A DNA stretch of 32,000 nt from Promethearchaeum syntrophicum (GCF_008000775.2 NZ_CP042905.2:1920001-1952000), one strand, 5' to 3'. Positions 14,754 through 24,649 are shown, counted from the first letter of the stretch. The notes: a model not told the origin generated them from the letters alone. Numbers and translations: made by a program.

Positions 14754-16280
14754 ATGAAAAAAAATTTACTCTTTCCATTTGACGATTTATTGGTTAAAGG
14801 AGCGATCTTTTCGATCTATGGAAGCATGGGTCCTGAGGCTGTTTTTTTTTATCCATTTCCTAGCGATTCAACATATTCTTTTCCAGAAATGGATAATCAT
14901 GCATCCAGTAAATTTGAACAAAGGAATTACATGCAAATTGCGGTTAAAAGTATTTCTTTGCTTTTAGTTGATTATTCTTTTGAAGATGAAAAGAATCTCC
15001 AACTGAAAGATGTTCATATATTTGGAGTTTTGCCCTATCCCGATTTAAATTGCATTGGTCTCACATATTTTACATATTTCTTCTCCCAAGAAAGAAAAAG
15101 GTTTATTCCTGTTTCTCTTTCATTACTAGTTCATGAAAATAAAAGGAGTTTTATCTATGATTCGATTAATCGGTTGAAAAAACCAACAAAGGATTTTACA
15201 CAATATTTAATCGAATTATGTATTAAAAATAAGATATATTCAGAACTTGAAGGACAAGATTATTGGGAAAATGTATTAACTAAATTTATTGATTTCTTTG
15301 GTGAAATTCAAAAAATACAGAATCAACCAATCAGCCCAATTACTAAAAAGAGAAGGATTAAGATATTATTTACAGGTTTGGAGAATACAGGAAAAACTAG
15401 TTTTATTTTAACAGTCAAACGAAAATTTAGCGGATTACCAACAATTTTACCGAGTACGGAACCAATGAACGAACCTTTAAATTTCTTAGGAACAACGATA
15501 ATGAAATGGGATATTCCGGGTAAAAAAGATTTCAGAAAAGCTATATTAGAAAATTCTGAATTATATTTATTTGAATCTGATGTTATTTACTATTTTATTG
15601 ATGTTATGGCCCCTAGAATAGATGAATCTCTTGAGTTTTTAGCGAAAGTTATGGATAAACTGCATGAATATGAGAGTAAAATTCCGATTGTCTTCATAAT
15701 TACGAAAGTTGATGAAGATGTCGCAGATTCCATTGAAATTAAAGATGCTATCGCTGAAATACGGCAATCACATCTAAAAATTATTGGAGATCATCCATAT
15801 AAATTCTTTAACACTTCCATATTTTCGATTTACTCAGTGTTAAATGCATTTTCATATGGACTTCGCAATCTATCCCCAAACCGGGAAATGATAGAACATC
15901 TTTTATGGGGATTTTTGGCTCGGAATGAATTTGTTACTGGTTTATTAGTCAATGAGAGCGGTTTAGTCCTTGCTGCACAACAAGTTAATGTCAAAGGACC
16001 AGAAGATGTCTTAAACCGTAAACAAATTTTTGAAATTGCCGCTCCACAATTTGCAATACTTGCTAAACAATTCCAAAGTTTTGATGATAAGATTAGTGAT
16101 ACAATAAAATACCAATTTTCGGAAAAAGATATAATCATTTTGAAGCGATTCATTGTTGAAGATTTTGCATTTTTCTATATATTTTATACAAAAAAACCAG
16201 AATCATTGAAAAATTTAGAAAAAAACTTTCCAGAATTTCTTGATCGGATAAGAAATCTTCTCTTGCTATATATTAAATAA
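14754..16280 (+). CDS. three-domain protein: FLCN/DENN-type longin-like domain + divergent Arf/Rag-like GTPase + roadblock-like domain (paralog 3)
   Basis: Collinear with paralog 1 over the full length: AIFSIYGSMGPEAVFFYPFP / MQIAVKSISLLLVD / FGVLPYPDLNCIGLTYF / LSLLVHENKRSFIY. G1 GLENTGKT. G3 WDIPGKKDF (nt 15510-15524, Gln replaced by Lys). G4 TKVD (15702-15713). G5 FNTSIFSIYSVLNAFSYGLRNLSPN. Roadblock-like GLLVNESGLVLAAQQ. Confidence 0.7.
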   Translation: MKKNLLFPFDDLLVKGAIFSIYGSMGPEAVFFYPFPSDSTYSFPEMDNHASSKFEQRNYMQIAVKSISLLLVDYSFEDEKNLQLKDVHIFGVLPYPDLNCIGLTYFTYFFSQERKRFIPVSLSLLVHENKRSFIYDSINRLKKPTKDFTQYLIELCIKNKIYSELEGQDYWENVLTKFIDFFGEIQKIQNQPISPITKKRRIKILFTGLENTGKTSFILTVKRKFSGLPTILPSTEPMNEPLNFLGTTIMKWDIPGKKDFRKAILENSELYLFESDVIYYFIDVMAPRIDESLEFLAKVMDKLHEYESKIPIVFIITKVDEDVADSIEIKDAIAEIRQSHLKIIGDHPYKFFNTSIFSIYSVLNAFSYGLRNLSPNREMIEHLLWGFLARNEFVTGLLVNESGLVLAAQQVNVKGPEDVLNRKQIFEIAAPQFAILAKQFQSFDDKISDTIKYQFSEKDIIILKRFIVEDFAFFYIFYTKKPESLKNLEKNFPEFLDRIRNLLLLYIK

Positions 16281-16292
16281 AAAAAAGAAGTC

Positions 16293-17012
16293 TTAATCAT
16301 AATCAGTTTTATAGGTAGAATCTTCTTGCGTTTTTTCTATTTTTTGTTCTTCTTCATCTTGAGAATTCTCAGAATTCATCGTTTCTGCTACTTTCTTATA
16401 ATCTGATCTCTCTTTGATCATCGCTTTTAATTCATCACCAATCCAGATCAAAGACATTATAAATTCTGGGACATATTTGTGCATGATAAGAACACAAGCA
16501 ACTGCTATAAATGAGCTGGCGGCAGAAATGGGATAATGAACCGAATCCCAATCCGCCCCACGTTGATATAGATATAATTGCAAAACCATTCTGAAAATAT
16601 TCACCACGTAAAATACTAATGAGGTTACCAACATTGCGATGATCTTTCTTTTCCAAATATCTTTACTTGTTTCTTTATTGATCGAATGTGGTACACAAAG
16701 AATAGCCCCAACAAAAATGGCGATTGCATGAACTCCTGTGCATAAAGTTTCAAAATGAATATCACTTCGCGTCCCAGGTAAATGGATTATCCACGGTTGA
16801 GTAAGATCATAATCATTAAAATATACGACATTTTCTGCACCGCTCAAAAGATTTAGAATCCAAATAGTTATTTTTGCAGATATTTCATGAAGCCAAACCC
16901 AATTATGTGAGATCCAAATTCCATAAGCAATTATTGGTGCTCCAATGAATAAAATTGCAATAGAAAGCCATTTAAAATCGTAATTTTTTCCTTCATATTC
17001 AATATTTCCCAT
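16293..17012 (-). CDS. polytopic membrane protein, exosortase/archaeosortase-like
   Basis: Multiple TM helices with candidate Cys/Arg/His signature positions in the order found in exosortase/archaeosortase families: ETLCTGVHAIAIF (C-x-G), VVNIFRMVLQLY (N..R), WDSVHYPIS (His). Acidic C-terminal tail. Confidence 0.45.
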   Translation of the reverse strand: MGNIEYEGKNYDFKWLSIAILFIGAPIIAYGIWISHNWVWLHEISAKITIWILNLLSGAENVVYFNDYDLTQPWIIHLPGTRSDIHFETLCTGVHAIAIFVGAILCVPHSINKETSKDIWKRKIIAMLVTSLVFYVVNIFRMVLQLYLYQRGADWDSVHYPISAASSFIAVACVLIMHKYVPEFIMSLIWIGDELKAMIKERSDYKKVAETMNSENSQDEEEQKIEKTQEDSTYKTDYD

Positions 17013-17144
17013 TGATCAAGAAATATTTTGTTATTTTTTTAATCTTCGTGTTTTCCAATATAATCGAAAAACACAAAATTTTTCATATAATGAATTAAAA
17101 ATACTAATTACAGAAATTAATGAAATTTAATATGTTGAATCTCC

Positions 17145-18731
17145 ATGAAAAAACCCAATGTATTCATTCGAGGAATTTACAGTACAGCTCTTACCAAATT
17201 GTTTATTGATGCAGGATATCCAATAATATTTCCATCAAAAGAAATTCAAACTCGATTTAAAATCCCCTTTCGCCCAATTGATAGTTATAGTAAAGATATT
17301 AGTATCAGGGATCGTCTCGATAAACAAGGCGTAAGTATCATGTTTAAGAAATCAGTATGGAATAAACTAGAAGAAAATAATTTTGAAGATTTTCCGTTAT
17401 GGCAAACGCATAATCCTAATCTTATTGTTTACAATGCTCGATTTCAAAAAAATTCAATATACAGGGGGTTAATAATTAAATCTAATCGTCAAAATAATTT
17501 TTCTTATATCAGATTAGCTCCTGAAGATATCGATAAAGACGGTTTTGAAGAAGAAAGTTCATACAGCACTACGATTGGGAATTATTCTCATTTTATACCT
17601 GATGCAAAAGAAGGGATATTTCAAGTCACCCATGAAGATTCGGGAGTAATTAATCCTTCATTAGGCTCTTTCTTTACAATTCCAGGAGATTTAGTTGTAA
17701 TCGTCCCCTATAATGATAGAGTAATTATCAGTAAAGAAATTATTAATGGAAGGAAAAAGAAATGGTTATTCGATCTCGGAAAAGATATTCAGAGAACAAA
17801 GAAATATGGATTCATTTTTAGAACTGCTGCAGCGCTTGCAAGTGAGAAAGAAATTTTAGAAGAAGTTGATAAATTAGAAGAAGATTTGATTCAAACTCAA
17901 AACACCATCACAAAATATCCTGAAAAAATTGGAGAAATCTTTTCCAACTATCATTCGATAAATGTCATTTTTCCCCGACAGATAAAGAATTCCTTCGATG
18001 ATGTAAGACGACAAATGCTCCCTACCATGGAATCTCATCACATTATTAAAGCTAATCCAAAAATTAACCAATATAAAAGATTTTACAAAACTAAAGATGA
18101 TAAACCTTCTTTTGAGAAAAAAATTCAAGAAAATGAAATTAAATTTACACCTAGCGATCTACTTACATTTACAGAGAATTTAATGTATGGTTTAGATAAA
18201 AGGGCAAATGAAAAAATATGTCGAAATTATTTGAAGCAATATTATAATGATTTTCTAAAACCCCGAAAAATCCTCAATATATTACATCAGAAATTGAATG
18301 GAAAAACAATCAAATTAGCACCAGGAAGTATCCATTCCATTGAATATGAGTCTGGAAGGCCCCACCTTATTGTTCTGAAGCGAAAATTACGAGAAGGTGG
18401 TCTTTATGATGGGCTAAATACTCCGATTGAAATGGGGGATTATGCAATTGGAAAGTATACTATTGGTAATTGGTATTATATGTCAACCTACTATTCTAAG
18501 AAAAATGAGATAAAAGGGCGCTATTATAATATAAATACTCCCATCGAATTATCTCATCAGGGAATTCGCTATATTGATTTGGAGATTGATGTAGTAGAGA
18601 ATATGATTGGAGAAAGGAAAATCATTGATCAAGAATATCTAGATAAAACTTTAAATTTAAACATTATATCACAAGAATTATATGATAAAGCGTTCGGTGT
18701 AGCAGAAAATATATTAGAGGGCAGAATTTAA
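17145..18731 (+). CDS. fau-1: FAU-1-type probable ribonuclease / RNA-binding protein (RNase E/G-like N-terminus, DUF402-like C-terminus)
   Basis: The N-terminus FIRGIYSTALTKLFIDAGYPIIFPS matches my memory of archaeal FAU-1 (RIRGIYATALTKL..d.GF.iv.ps). The C-terminus GRYYNINTPIE...IRYIDLEIDV is the DUF402 pattern. Confidence 0.7.
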   Translation: MKKPNVFIRGIYSTALTKLFIDAGYPIIFPSKEIQTRFKIPFRPIDSYSKDISIRDRLDKQGVSIMFKKSVWNKLEENNFEDFPLWQTHNPNLIVYNARFQKNSIYRGLIIKSNRQNNFSYIRLAPEDIDKDGFEEESSYSTTIGNYSHFIPDAKEGIFQVTHEDSGVINPSLGSFFTIPGDLVVIVPYNDRVIISKEIINGRKKKWLFDLGKDIQRTKKYGFIFRTAAALASEKEILEEVDKLEEDLIQTQNTITKYPEKIGEIFSNYHSINVIFPRQIKNSFDDVRRQMLPTMESHHIIKANPKINQYKRFYKTKDDKPSFEKKIQENEIKFTPSDLLTFTENLMYGLDKRANEKICRNYLKQYYNDFLKPRKILNILHQKLNGKTIKLAPGSIHSIEYESGRPHLIVLKRKLREGGLYDGLNTPIEMGDYAIGKYTIGNWYYMSTYYSKKNEIKGRYYNINTPIELSHQGIRYIDLEIDVVENMIGERKIIDQEYLDKTLNLNIISQELYDKAFGVAENILEGRI

Positions 18732-18735
18732 CACA

Positions 18736-18745
18736 TTTTTTTTTT
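18736..18745 (+). terminator. oligo-T tract (T10), candidate archaeal terminator
   Basis: T10 run starting 5 nt after the stop at 18731. Confidence 0.35.
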
Positions 18746-18812
18746 ATTCTATTATTTATTAAATCGTTATAGTGTTCTTTTTTAATGGGTTGCAACACAA
18801 TAATCTCACTTA

Positions 18813-21068
18813 ATGGTTTTACACACAATAAGCGATAAGTTGAAATTATTAGGTAATAAGAAAAATTCTAGTATTTTTAAACTTGATATGATTCCAGGTA
18901 TAGGGAAGAAAATCCAAGAAAGACTTAAAAAATTCTATATTACAGAAAGTAATGCTTTAAATGCAATAGAAGCGGGGGTTACGGGTATTGTTCCTGGAAT
19001 TTCGTATAAACAAGCGTTAAAATATGCTCAATATTACTTTCAGATTCATGAAAATATTGTAAAAGAAGATATTTTAGTAACCCAAGATATTAGAGATATT
19101 TATAGTAAAATTATTGATCTTATTTCAGAATATACTCATACAAATTATTCAAAACTTAAGCTACAATTATATTTTCCCCTACCATCAAATAAACTTACTC
19201 TTCTTAAGGAAAGACAAGAATACTTTGGGAAATCTATCGAATTTTATAAAAAATATGTTGAAATTCTAGAAGAAAAAGAACTACCATTGTTTCTATCTAA
19301 ATTGGATGATCTAAAACAAACAGAGGACATTCATAAAATCTCCAATCGACTTATAATAACTGATTCTAAACAAGTTGAGAGATACCTGCAAGAAGAAAAT
19401 ATTGACGATTTCGTTAAGATTGAAATTATTGATTTGAATAAAATTAGTAATTGGGATACATTTTTTAAAGAATATTGTGATAATTTTGATGTGGTTATCT
19501 ATTGTGGCAACCATTCCCATGATTTACCTGCCTTTGGGAATTTAATTTCTTTAAATTCCAAAGAATTTTCAACAGAATCACTAATTCCTGAAAAAATTAT
19601 TAGATTTTTTTCCTTAAATAAATCTCTCATTCATTCTATGATTAAAATCATAGTTATTTTAAAGAACCTCAAAGAAGACCATTTAATTTCCAAATTTTTA
19701 GATATGATTGAGATAAAATCTATCAAAGATCTAAAAGAAAAAACAAAAATTCTAGATGATTTTGGAGAGATTATCCCAGGAATAAATGATGAGCTGGATG
19801 AATTCCGCAGAGTTTCTAAGGATTTCACATCTTTAATACATGAAACTGAAAATCAAATAAATGAAAATATTAAAAAAGAGATTAGCGAGAGATCTATAAA
19901 AATTCAAGGAAAACAGATATTAGATTTAATTCGGACTGATGTAACTCTTGAGAACATTCGTAATTATATTCCCGCTGAAGTTGATGATTTAATTAATGAA
20001 AAGGTCCAAAGTGGTTTACTAAATTTAGAAAAACAGTTAAAATTGAAAAAGCTTGACGGAAATATTGCAGCTAACTTAATGCCTGAGTTAATTGAATTTC
20101 CTATTCAATTAAATGAGAAGGAACTTGATTCATTAGAGAAGAAAATAAATTCGAGATATAACACCGCTAAATATTATGAAATGGTTCGTATAGCAAAAGT
20201 TCTAAGTAAAAATCAAGAATATTTATTAAAACTCCATCAAACTCTACTGGAATTTGATTTTTTCTATGCAATCGGGAATTTTGCCTTCGATTATCATTTA
20301 TCGATTCCAGAATTAGATGAAACAAATCATGGTTTCTATGGGAAAGAATTGATTAATTTAAACCTACAGAAAGCGGCATTGTCTGGAGACATAGATTCTA
20401 TTTCGATTACAGATATTTTTAATCCAGTTCCTATTAATTATCAATTAGGTGATATTGTAGGCTCTTCTTCTCACCATTTATCTAAGGGATCTCTGAATTT
20501 ACTAACTGGAAGCAATTCAGGAGGGAAAACAATGTGTATAATTACCTGTAGTGAAAGTATAATCCTTGCTCAAATGGGGTTTCCTTCCTTAGGTCATTTT
20601 AAATTTCATCCATTTGATGAGATCTATTTCTTTAAAAAATCAAATGGCCAATTAAGTGCAGGAGCTTTTGAAACAACACTTCTTCAATTTGTTCAACTCG
20701 CTCAATCATCAAAACTTAAAGTAGTTTTTGCTGATGAATTAGAATCTATTACAGAACCAAATGCCGCTTCAAAAGTCATTTCTGGAATCTTCTCGCTGTT
20801 TTTAACAAATCCAAATAATTATGGTGTTTTTGTTACCCATTTAGTTGATTTGTTACAACGAGAAATAAATTCTGACCAACGTAAGAATATTAGAATTGAT
20901 GGAATTGAAGCTACTGGGTTGGATAAAAACCTTCAATTAATTGTTGATCGAAGCCCCCGATTTAATTATGTTGCAAAATCAACGCCTGAATTAATATTAA
21001 AACGATTAGCTCAGTCAGGCACATCAGATCAAAGGAAATTTTTCAGTTCTCTCTTAGATAAGTTTTAG
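18813..21068 (+). CDS. archaeal MutS2-like ATPase (MutS domain V), N-terminal HhH
   Basis: Walker A LLTGSNSGGKTMCIITCSESIILAQMG. Walker B/MutS block VVFADELESITEPNAASKV. N-terminal IPGIGKKIQERLKKFY is HhH-like. Confidence 0.75.
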   Translation: MVLHTISDKLKLLGNKKNSSIFKLDMIPGIGKKIQERLKKFYITESNALNAIEAGVTGIVPGISYKQALKYAQYYFQIHENIVKEDILVTQDIRDIYSKIIDLISEYTHTNYSKLKLQLYFPLPSNKLTLLKERQEYFGKSIEFYKKYVEILEEKELPLFLSKLDDLKQTEDIHKISNRLIITDSKQVERYLQEENIDDFVKIEIIDLNKISNWDTFFKEYCDNFDVVIYCGNHSHDLPAFGNLISLNSKEFSTESLIPEKIIRFFSLNKSLIHSMIKIIVILKNLKEDHLISKFLDMIEIKSIKDLKEKTKILDDFGEIIPGINDELDEFRRVSKDFTSLIHETENQINENIKKEISERSIKIQGKQILDLIRTDVTLENIRNYIPAEVDDLINEKVQSGLLNLEKQLKLKKLDGNIAANLMPELIEFPIQLNEKELDSLEKKINSRYNTAKYYEMVRIAKVLSKNQEYLLKLHQTLLEFDFFYAIGNFAFDYHLSIPELDETNHGFYGKELINLNLQKAALSGDIDSISITDIFNPVPINYQLGDIVGSSSHHLSKGSLNLLTGSNSGGKTMCIITCSESIILAQMGFPSLGHFKFHPFDEIYFFKKSNGQLSAGAFETTLLQFVQLAQSSKLKVVFADELESITEPNAASKVISGIFSLFLTNPNNYGVFVTHLVDLLQREINSDQRKNIRIDGIEATGLDKNLQLIVDRSPRFNYVAKSTPELILKRLAQSGTSDQRKFFSSLLDKF

Positions 21069-21089
21069 CAAAAAAAGGGGAAAAAAAAA

Positions 21090-22175
21090 CTAAATTTCAA
21101 TTGGTTTTGTAAGTATTGCTAATAAAGTATTGATAGTTGCCAAAATATCGGAAATTTTTATCATGGCAATTGGGCTGTGAATATATCGTGAAGGTACACT
21201 AATACAACCTGAGGGAATTCCTTTATGCATTGTATGCCACAAACCTGCGTTAGTTCCACCAAAAGCAGGTTGTTTATACTGCCATGAATACCCTAATTCT
21301 TCCGCCCGCATTTTAAAGATTTCAAGAAGTTTTTCATGATAAAGTGTTCTTCTGTCGGCTACTGAGAAAGCGGGACCATGTTCTAACTGCGTAATTTGTT
21401 TATTTAAGGGGACCCCCGGGACATCGGCAGCGATTGTATTTTCAAGAGCAATTCCTATATCTGGATTTAACCCATCAGTAGCCGCTGGGACACCTCTACC
21501 TCCAACTTCTTCACAAACCGTGAAACTATAAAGAATGGTGTTTGGAATTGGTTCCATATCATTAATTAATTTTGATACTTGAAGGGCAACATTACATCCT
21601 GTTCGGTCATCAAACGCTCGCCCCCTCATGAAACCTCCTCCAATATCTGGATTATATTCAAATCGGCCATCCAGGACTGCTCGATTTCCAACAATTATTC
21701 CTAGATTTTTTACTTCTTCTTCATCTTTAGCTCCAATATCAATAAATAAATTTGCGTGATCGGGAGAGATATCTCGTAGTTTGGGATCTGTAATATGAGG
21801 AGGATTCATGCCAATAATACCTGATATAGTTTTTCCAGATTTAGTTTGAATTTTAATATCCGACCCAGGATAAAGTCTTTTATCAATACCACCCAGAGGG
21901 ACAAATCGAAGAAAACCATTTTTTTCAATATAACTAATAAGTAGGCCAACCTCATCCATATGTGCATCAATCATAATTCTCAATCCATCAGGATCTGTTC
22001 CTTTTTTAATTCCTAGAACATTTCCCATCTTGTCCATCCATACATTATCAGCATGCTGTTTCAATTCATTAAAAATAAAAGCACTAACATCATTTTCATG
22101 ACCGCTTACTCCAATTAGAGTTGATAATTTTCGTTGTATTTCTACAACATTTTCAAGAAGGTTGCTTTCACTCAT
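21090..22175 (-). CDS. M42 family (TET/FrvX-type) aminopeptidase
   Basis: GVSGHENDV..., MIDAHMDEVGLLI, GFLRFVPLGGID, GIIGMNPPH, FIDIGA..., CEEVGGRGV are all canonical M42 blocks. Confidence 0.9.
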   Translation of the reverse strand: MSESNLLENVVEIQRKLSTLIGVSGHENDVSAFIFNELKQHADNVWMDKMGNVLGIKKGTDPDGLRIMIDAHMDEVGLLISYIEKNGFLRFVPLGGIDKRLYPGSDIKIQTKSGKTISGIIGMNPPHITDPKLRDISPDHANLFIDIGAKDEEEVKNLGIIVGNRAVLDGRFEYNPDIGGGFMRGRAFDDRTGCNVALQVSKLINDMEPIPNTILYSFTVCEEVGGRGVPAATDGLNPDIGIALENTIAADVPGVPLNKQITQLEHGPAFSVADRRTLYHEKLLEIFKMRAEELGYSWQYKQPAFGGTNAGLWHTMHKGIPSGCISVPSRYIHSPIAMIKISDILATINTLLAILTKPIEI

Positions 22176-22242
22176 GATATTTCTTAATTTACCTTAAGTA
22201 ATTAAATTTTTAGGATAAGATTGAATATTTAAGGTAATAATC

Positions 22243-22641
22243 ATGACTAACGCTCCAGATATTGGCAATAAAATAAAAAAAATATATCATTGTCCTATAT
22301 GTAAAAAAACACATGAAATATTTTTTCAATCAGATTTTGCAAATAACCGTTCAAAATACCCCTTCTCTTATGTTTTTCTTCATAAATATGAAAATAGTGA
22401 GAATATTGAAGATAAGGATAAAGAAATTTTGACTACGATTTATGTTGACGCCCAATTAAATATCAGAGGTGTTGAAGCTCTTTTAAATGAAGATGATACG
22501 AATATATTATCAAAAGATATTTCCAAAGAAATAATTGGAAAACTTACTCGTTTCATTCTTGAATTACAAGATGAACACGAAATTTTGATTAAAAAATTTA
22601 ATGACCTTGAAAAGAAATGTGAAGAATTATCAAAACCTTAA
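22243..22641 (+). CDS. hypothetical small protein; N-terminal CPxC motif, C-terminal coiled coil
   Basis: YHCPICKKTHEI... at the N-terminus. ILELQDEHEILIKKFNDLEKKCEEL is a heptad-like tail. Confidence 0.4.
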   Translation: MTNAPDIGNKIKKIYHCPICKKTHEIFFQSDFANNRSKYPFSYVFLHKYENSENIEDKDKEILTTIYVDAQLNIRGVEALLNEDDTNILSKDISKEIIGKLTRFILELQDEHEILIKKFNDLEKKCEELSKP

Positions 22642-22673
22642 ATTTAAAACTATAAAAAAAAATCAAACATTTC

Positions 22674-23231
22674 TTACATATTTTCAGCAAAAGTTTCTGC
22701 AAAAGAAACAATATCATACCAATTTCTGAAATCATTGATGTTATCTAAATCAAATTTTCCAGGAGTTTCTTTTTTCACAATAGATTTTAATATTTTTTTC
22801 TTTATCGTTCCATGTTTCGATTTTTTTGAGAAATCATAAATTCCACCAAAAGCAGCAGTAATAACTGGGTCCAATCCCAATTTTTGTGCAAAGACATCAA
22901 CATAATCTTTACAAGCTTTAATTATACCTTCATTGTTTTGAGCAGTTCCACAACTAACAAACATTCCTAATTTTATATCTTGTTTTACAATATTCTTTTG
23001 GTAATTCTTAATGAAATTTTTCATCTTAGTAGTCCATTCACCAACTTGAATACCAGACCCGAGAATTATACCCGTATACTCTTTTTCAAAGATTTTCTTG
23101 AAGTCTTCAAAATTATTAACGTTTTCAATTAGAACCTCAAAACCCCTTTGGGTTAGGACTTCTGCAATCTTATCGGCTATTCCAGTCGTACCTCCAAATC
23201 GAGTTCCATATAATAACGCAATTTTTTTCAT
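22674..23231 (-). CDS. flavodoxin-domain protein
   Basis: MKKIALLYGTRFGGTTGIADKIAEVL is the flavodoxin FMN-phosphate loop context. I prefer the ATG at 23229-23231; the track start at 23246 adds only 5 aa. Confidence 0.75.
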   Translation of the reverse strand: MKKIALLYGTRFGGTTGIADKIAEVLTQRGFEVLIENVNNFEDFKKIFEKEYTGIILGSGIQVGEWTTKMKNFIKNYQKNIVKQDIKLGMFVSCGTAQNNEGIIKACKDYVDVFAQKLGLDPVITAAFGGIYDFSKKSKHGTIKKKILKSIVKKETPGKFDLDNINDFRNWYDIVSFAETFAENM

Positions 23232-23331
23232 GGTTAAATAAATCATGTATTGTTAATGAATAATTTTCATTTAGATTAGAAGTAAAAAAAAAATCTGGAC
23301 AATCAAACATAGAGATTTTGAAGTAAATAGA

Positions 23332-24591
23332 TTATTCAACTAATACTTTTTCTATTTGTTCTAAAGCCCAATTTATTTCTTCTTTAGTAATTACTAACGG
23401 AGGGGCAAATCTAATTGTAGTTTTGTGAGTGTCTTTTGCTAAAATACCATTCTCTTTAAATTGTTCAACAAATTGTCTGGCATTCCCGTCGAATTCTATT
23501 GCTATTAATAATCCCCGACCCCGAATATCAATTACTGGCAATTTTGTCTTTTTAGCTGCTATTTTTCGTAAGCCATCCTGGAAATATTTTCCTAATTCAG
23601 TTGCTTTTTCAGCTAATTTCTCACCAATCAGAATATCTAATGCTTTTGATGCGATAGCTGAAGCTAGTGAATTTCCTCCAAATGTCGAACCATGTGTACC
23701 TGGTTTGATAACTTCAGGACCGACAACATCCTTTGTAGTAACTATTGCGGATACGGGATAGATTCCACCACCAAGGGCTTTTCCTAAACAAAACATGTCG
23801 GGTTTTACATCTTCATGATCAACGGCAAAAAGTTTTCCAGCTCGGCATAATCCGGATTGAATTTCGTCAGCGATCATTAATATATTATATTTGGTACATA
23901 TTTCTCGAACTTTTTTATAATATCCTTCTTTGGGAATTTTTACACCTGCTTCGCCTTGGATAGGTTCAAAAAGAAATGCAGCAACATTTTCTGGACCGAG
24001 TTTTAAGATATGATCTTCTAATTCTTGGGCATTTCCATATTCTATAATCTCAAATCCTGGAGTATAAGGACCGAAATTACCATAATAATTTCCGCATTGG
24101 GTATCTGTGCTAAACCCAACGATTGTAATAGTTCTTCCATGGAAATTATCTGCACATACAATAATTTTAGCTTGATCCTTTTTAATACCCTTCTTAATAT
24201 ATCCCCAAGCTCGTGCGACTTTTAAGGCTGTTTCGACAGCCTCTGCTCCAGTATTCATTGGAAGTGCCATTATTCCTGAATTTTTTGAATCGTTAATGTG
24301 AGGTCCAACTATACCACATAGTTTTTTTAAATAAGGTCCCATTTGATCATTGCAAAAAGCGCGTGAAGTTACTGCGACTTTTTTCAATTGTTCTTCTGCC
24401 ACTTTTACTATTTCAGGATGACAATGCCCCATATTTTGGCTGGAATAAGCGGATAAGCAATCTAAATATTTTTTTCCTTCCGGGTCCCAGACCCAACAGC
24501 GTTCTGCTCGTGCAATTACGACTTCTAAGGGATGATAATTGTGAGCCCCATATTCATGGTCCATTTCTACGAATTCTTTTGAAGTTGTCAA
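23332..24591 (-). CDS. rocD: ornithine aminotransferase (class III PLP aminotransferase)
   Basis: EYGAHNYHPLEVVIARAERCWVWDPEGKKYLDCLSAYSSQNMGHCHPEIV is near-diagnostic for OAT. IADEIQSGLCRAGK...CLGKALGGG contains the PLP lysine block. Confidence 0.88.
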   Translation of the reverse strand: MTTSKEFVEMDHEYGAHNYHPLEVVIARAERCWVWDPEGKKYLDCLSAYSSQNMGHCHPEIVKVAEEQLKKVAVTSRAFCNDQMGPYLKKLCGIVGPHINDSKNSGIMALPMNTGAEAVETALKVARAWGYIKKGIKKDQAKIIVCADNFHGRTITIVGFSTDTQCGNYYGNFGPYTPGFEIIEYGNAQELEDHILKLGPENVAAFLFEPIQGEAGVKIPKEGYYKKVREICTKYNILMIADEIQSGLCRAGKLFAVDHEDVKPDMFCLGKALGGGIYPVSAIVTTKDVVGPEVIKPGTHGSTFGGNSLASAIASKALDILIGEKLAEKATELGKYFQDGLRKIAAKKTKLPVIDIRGRGLLIAIEFDGNARQFVEQFKENGILAKDTHKTTIRFAPPLVITKEEINWALEQIEKVLVE

Positions 24592-24649
24592 TTTTTACAC
24601 CTTTAATTATATTTTTTTTTTTGTAATTGTATTTTTAAAAAACTGGAAG

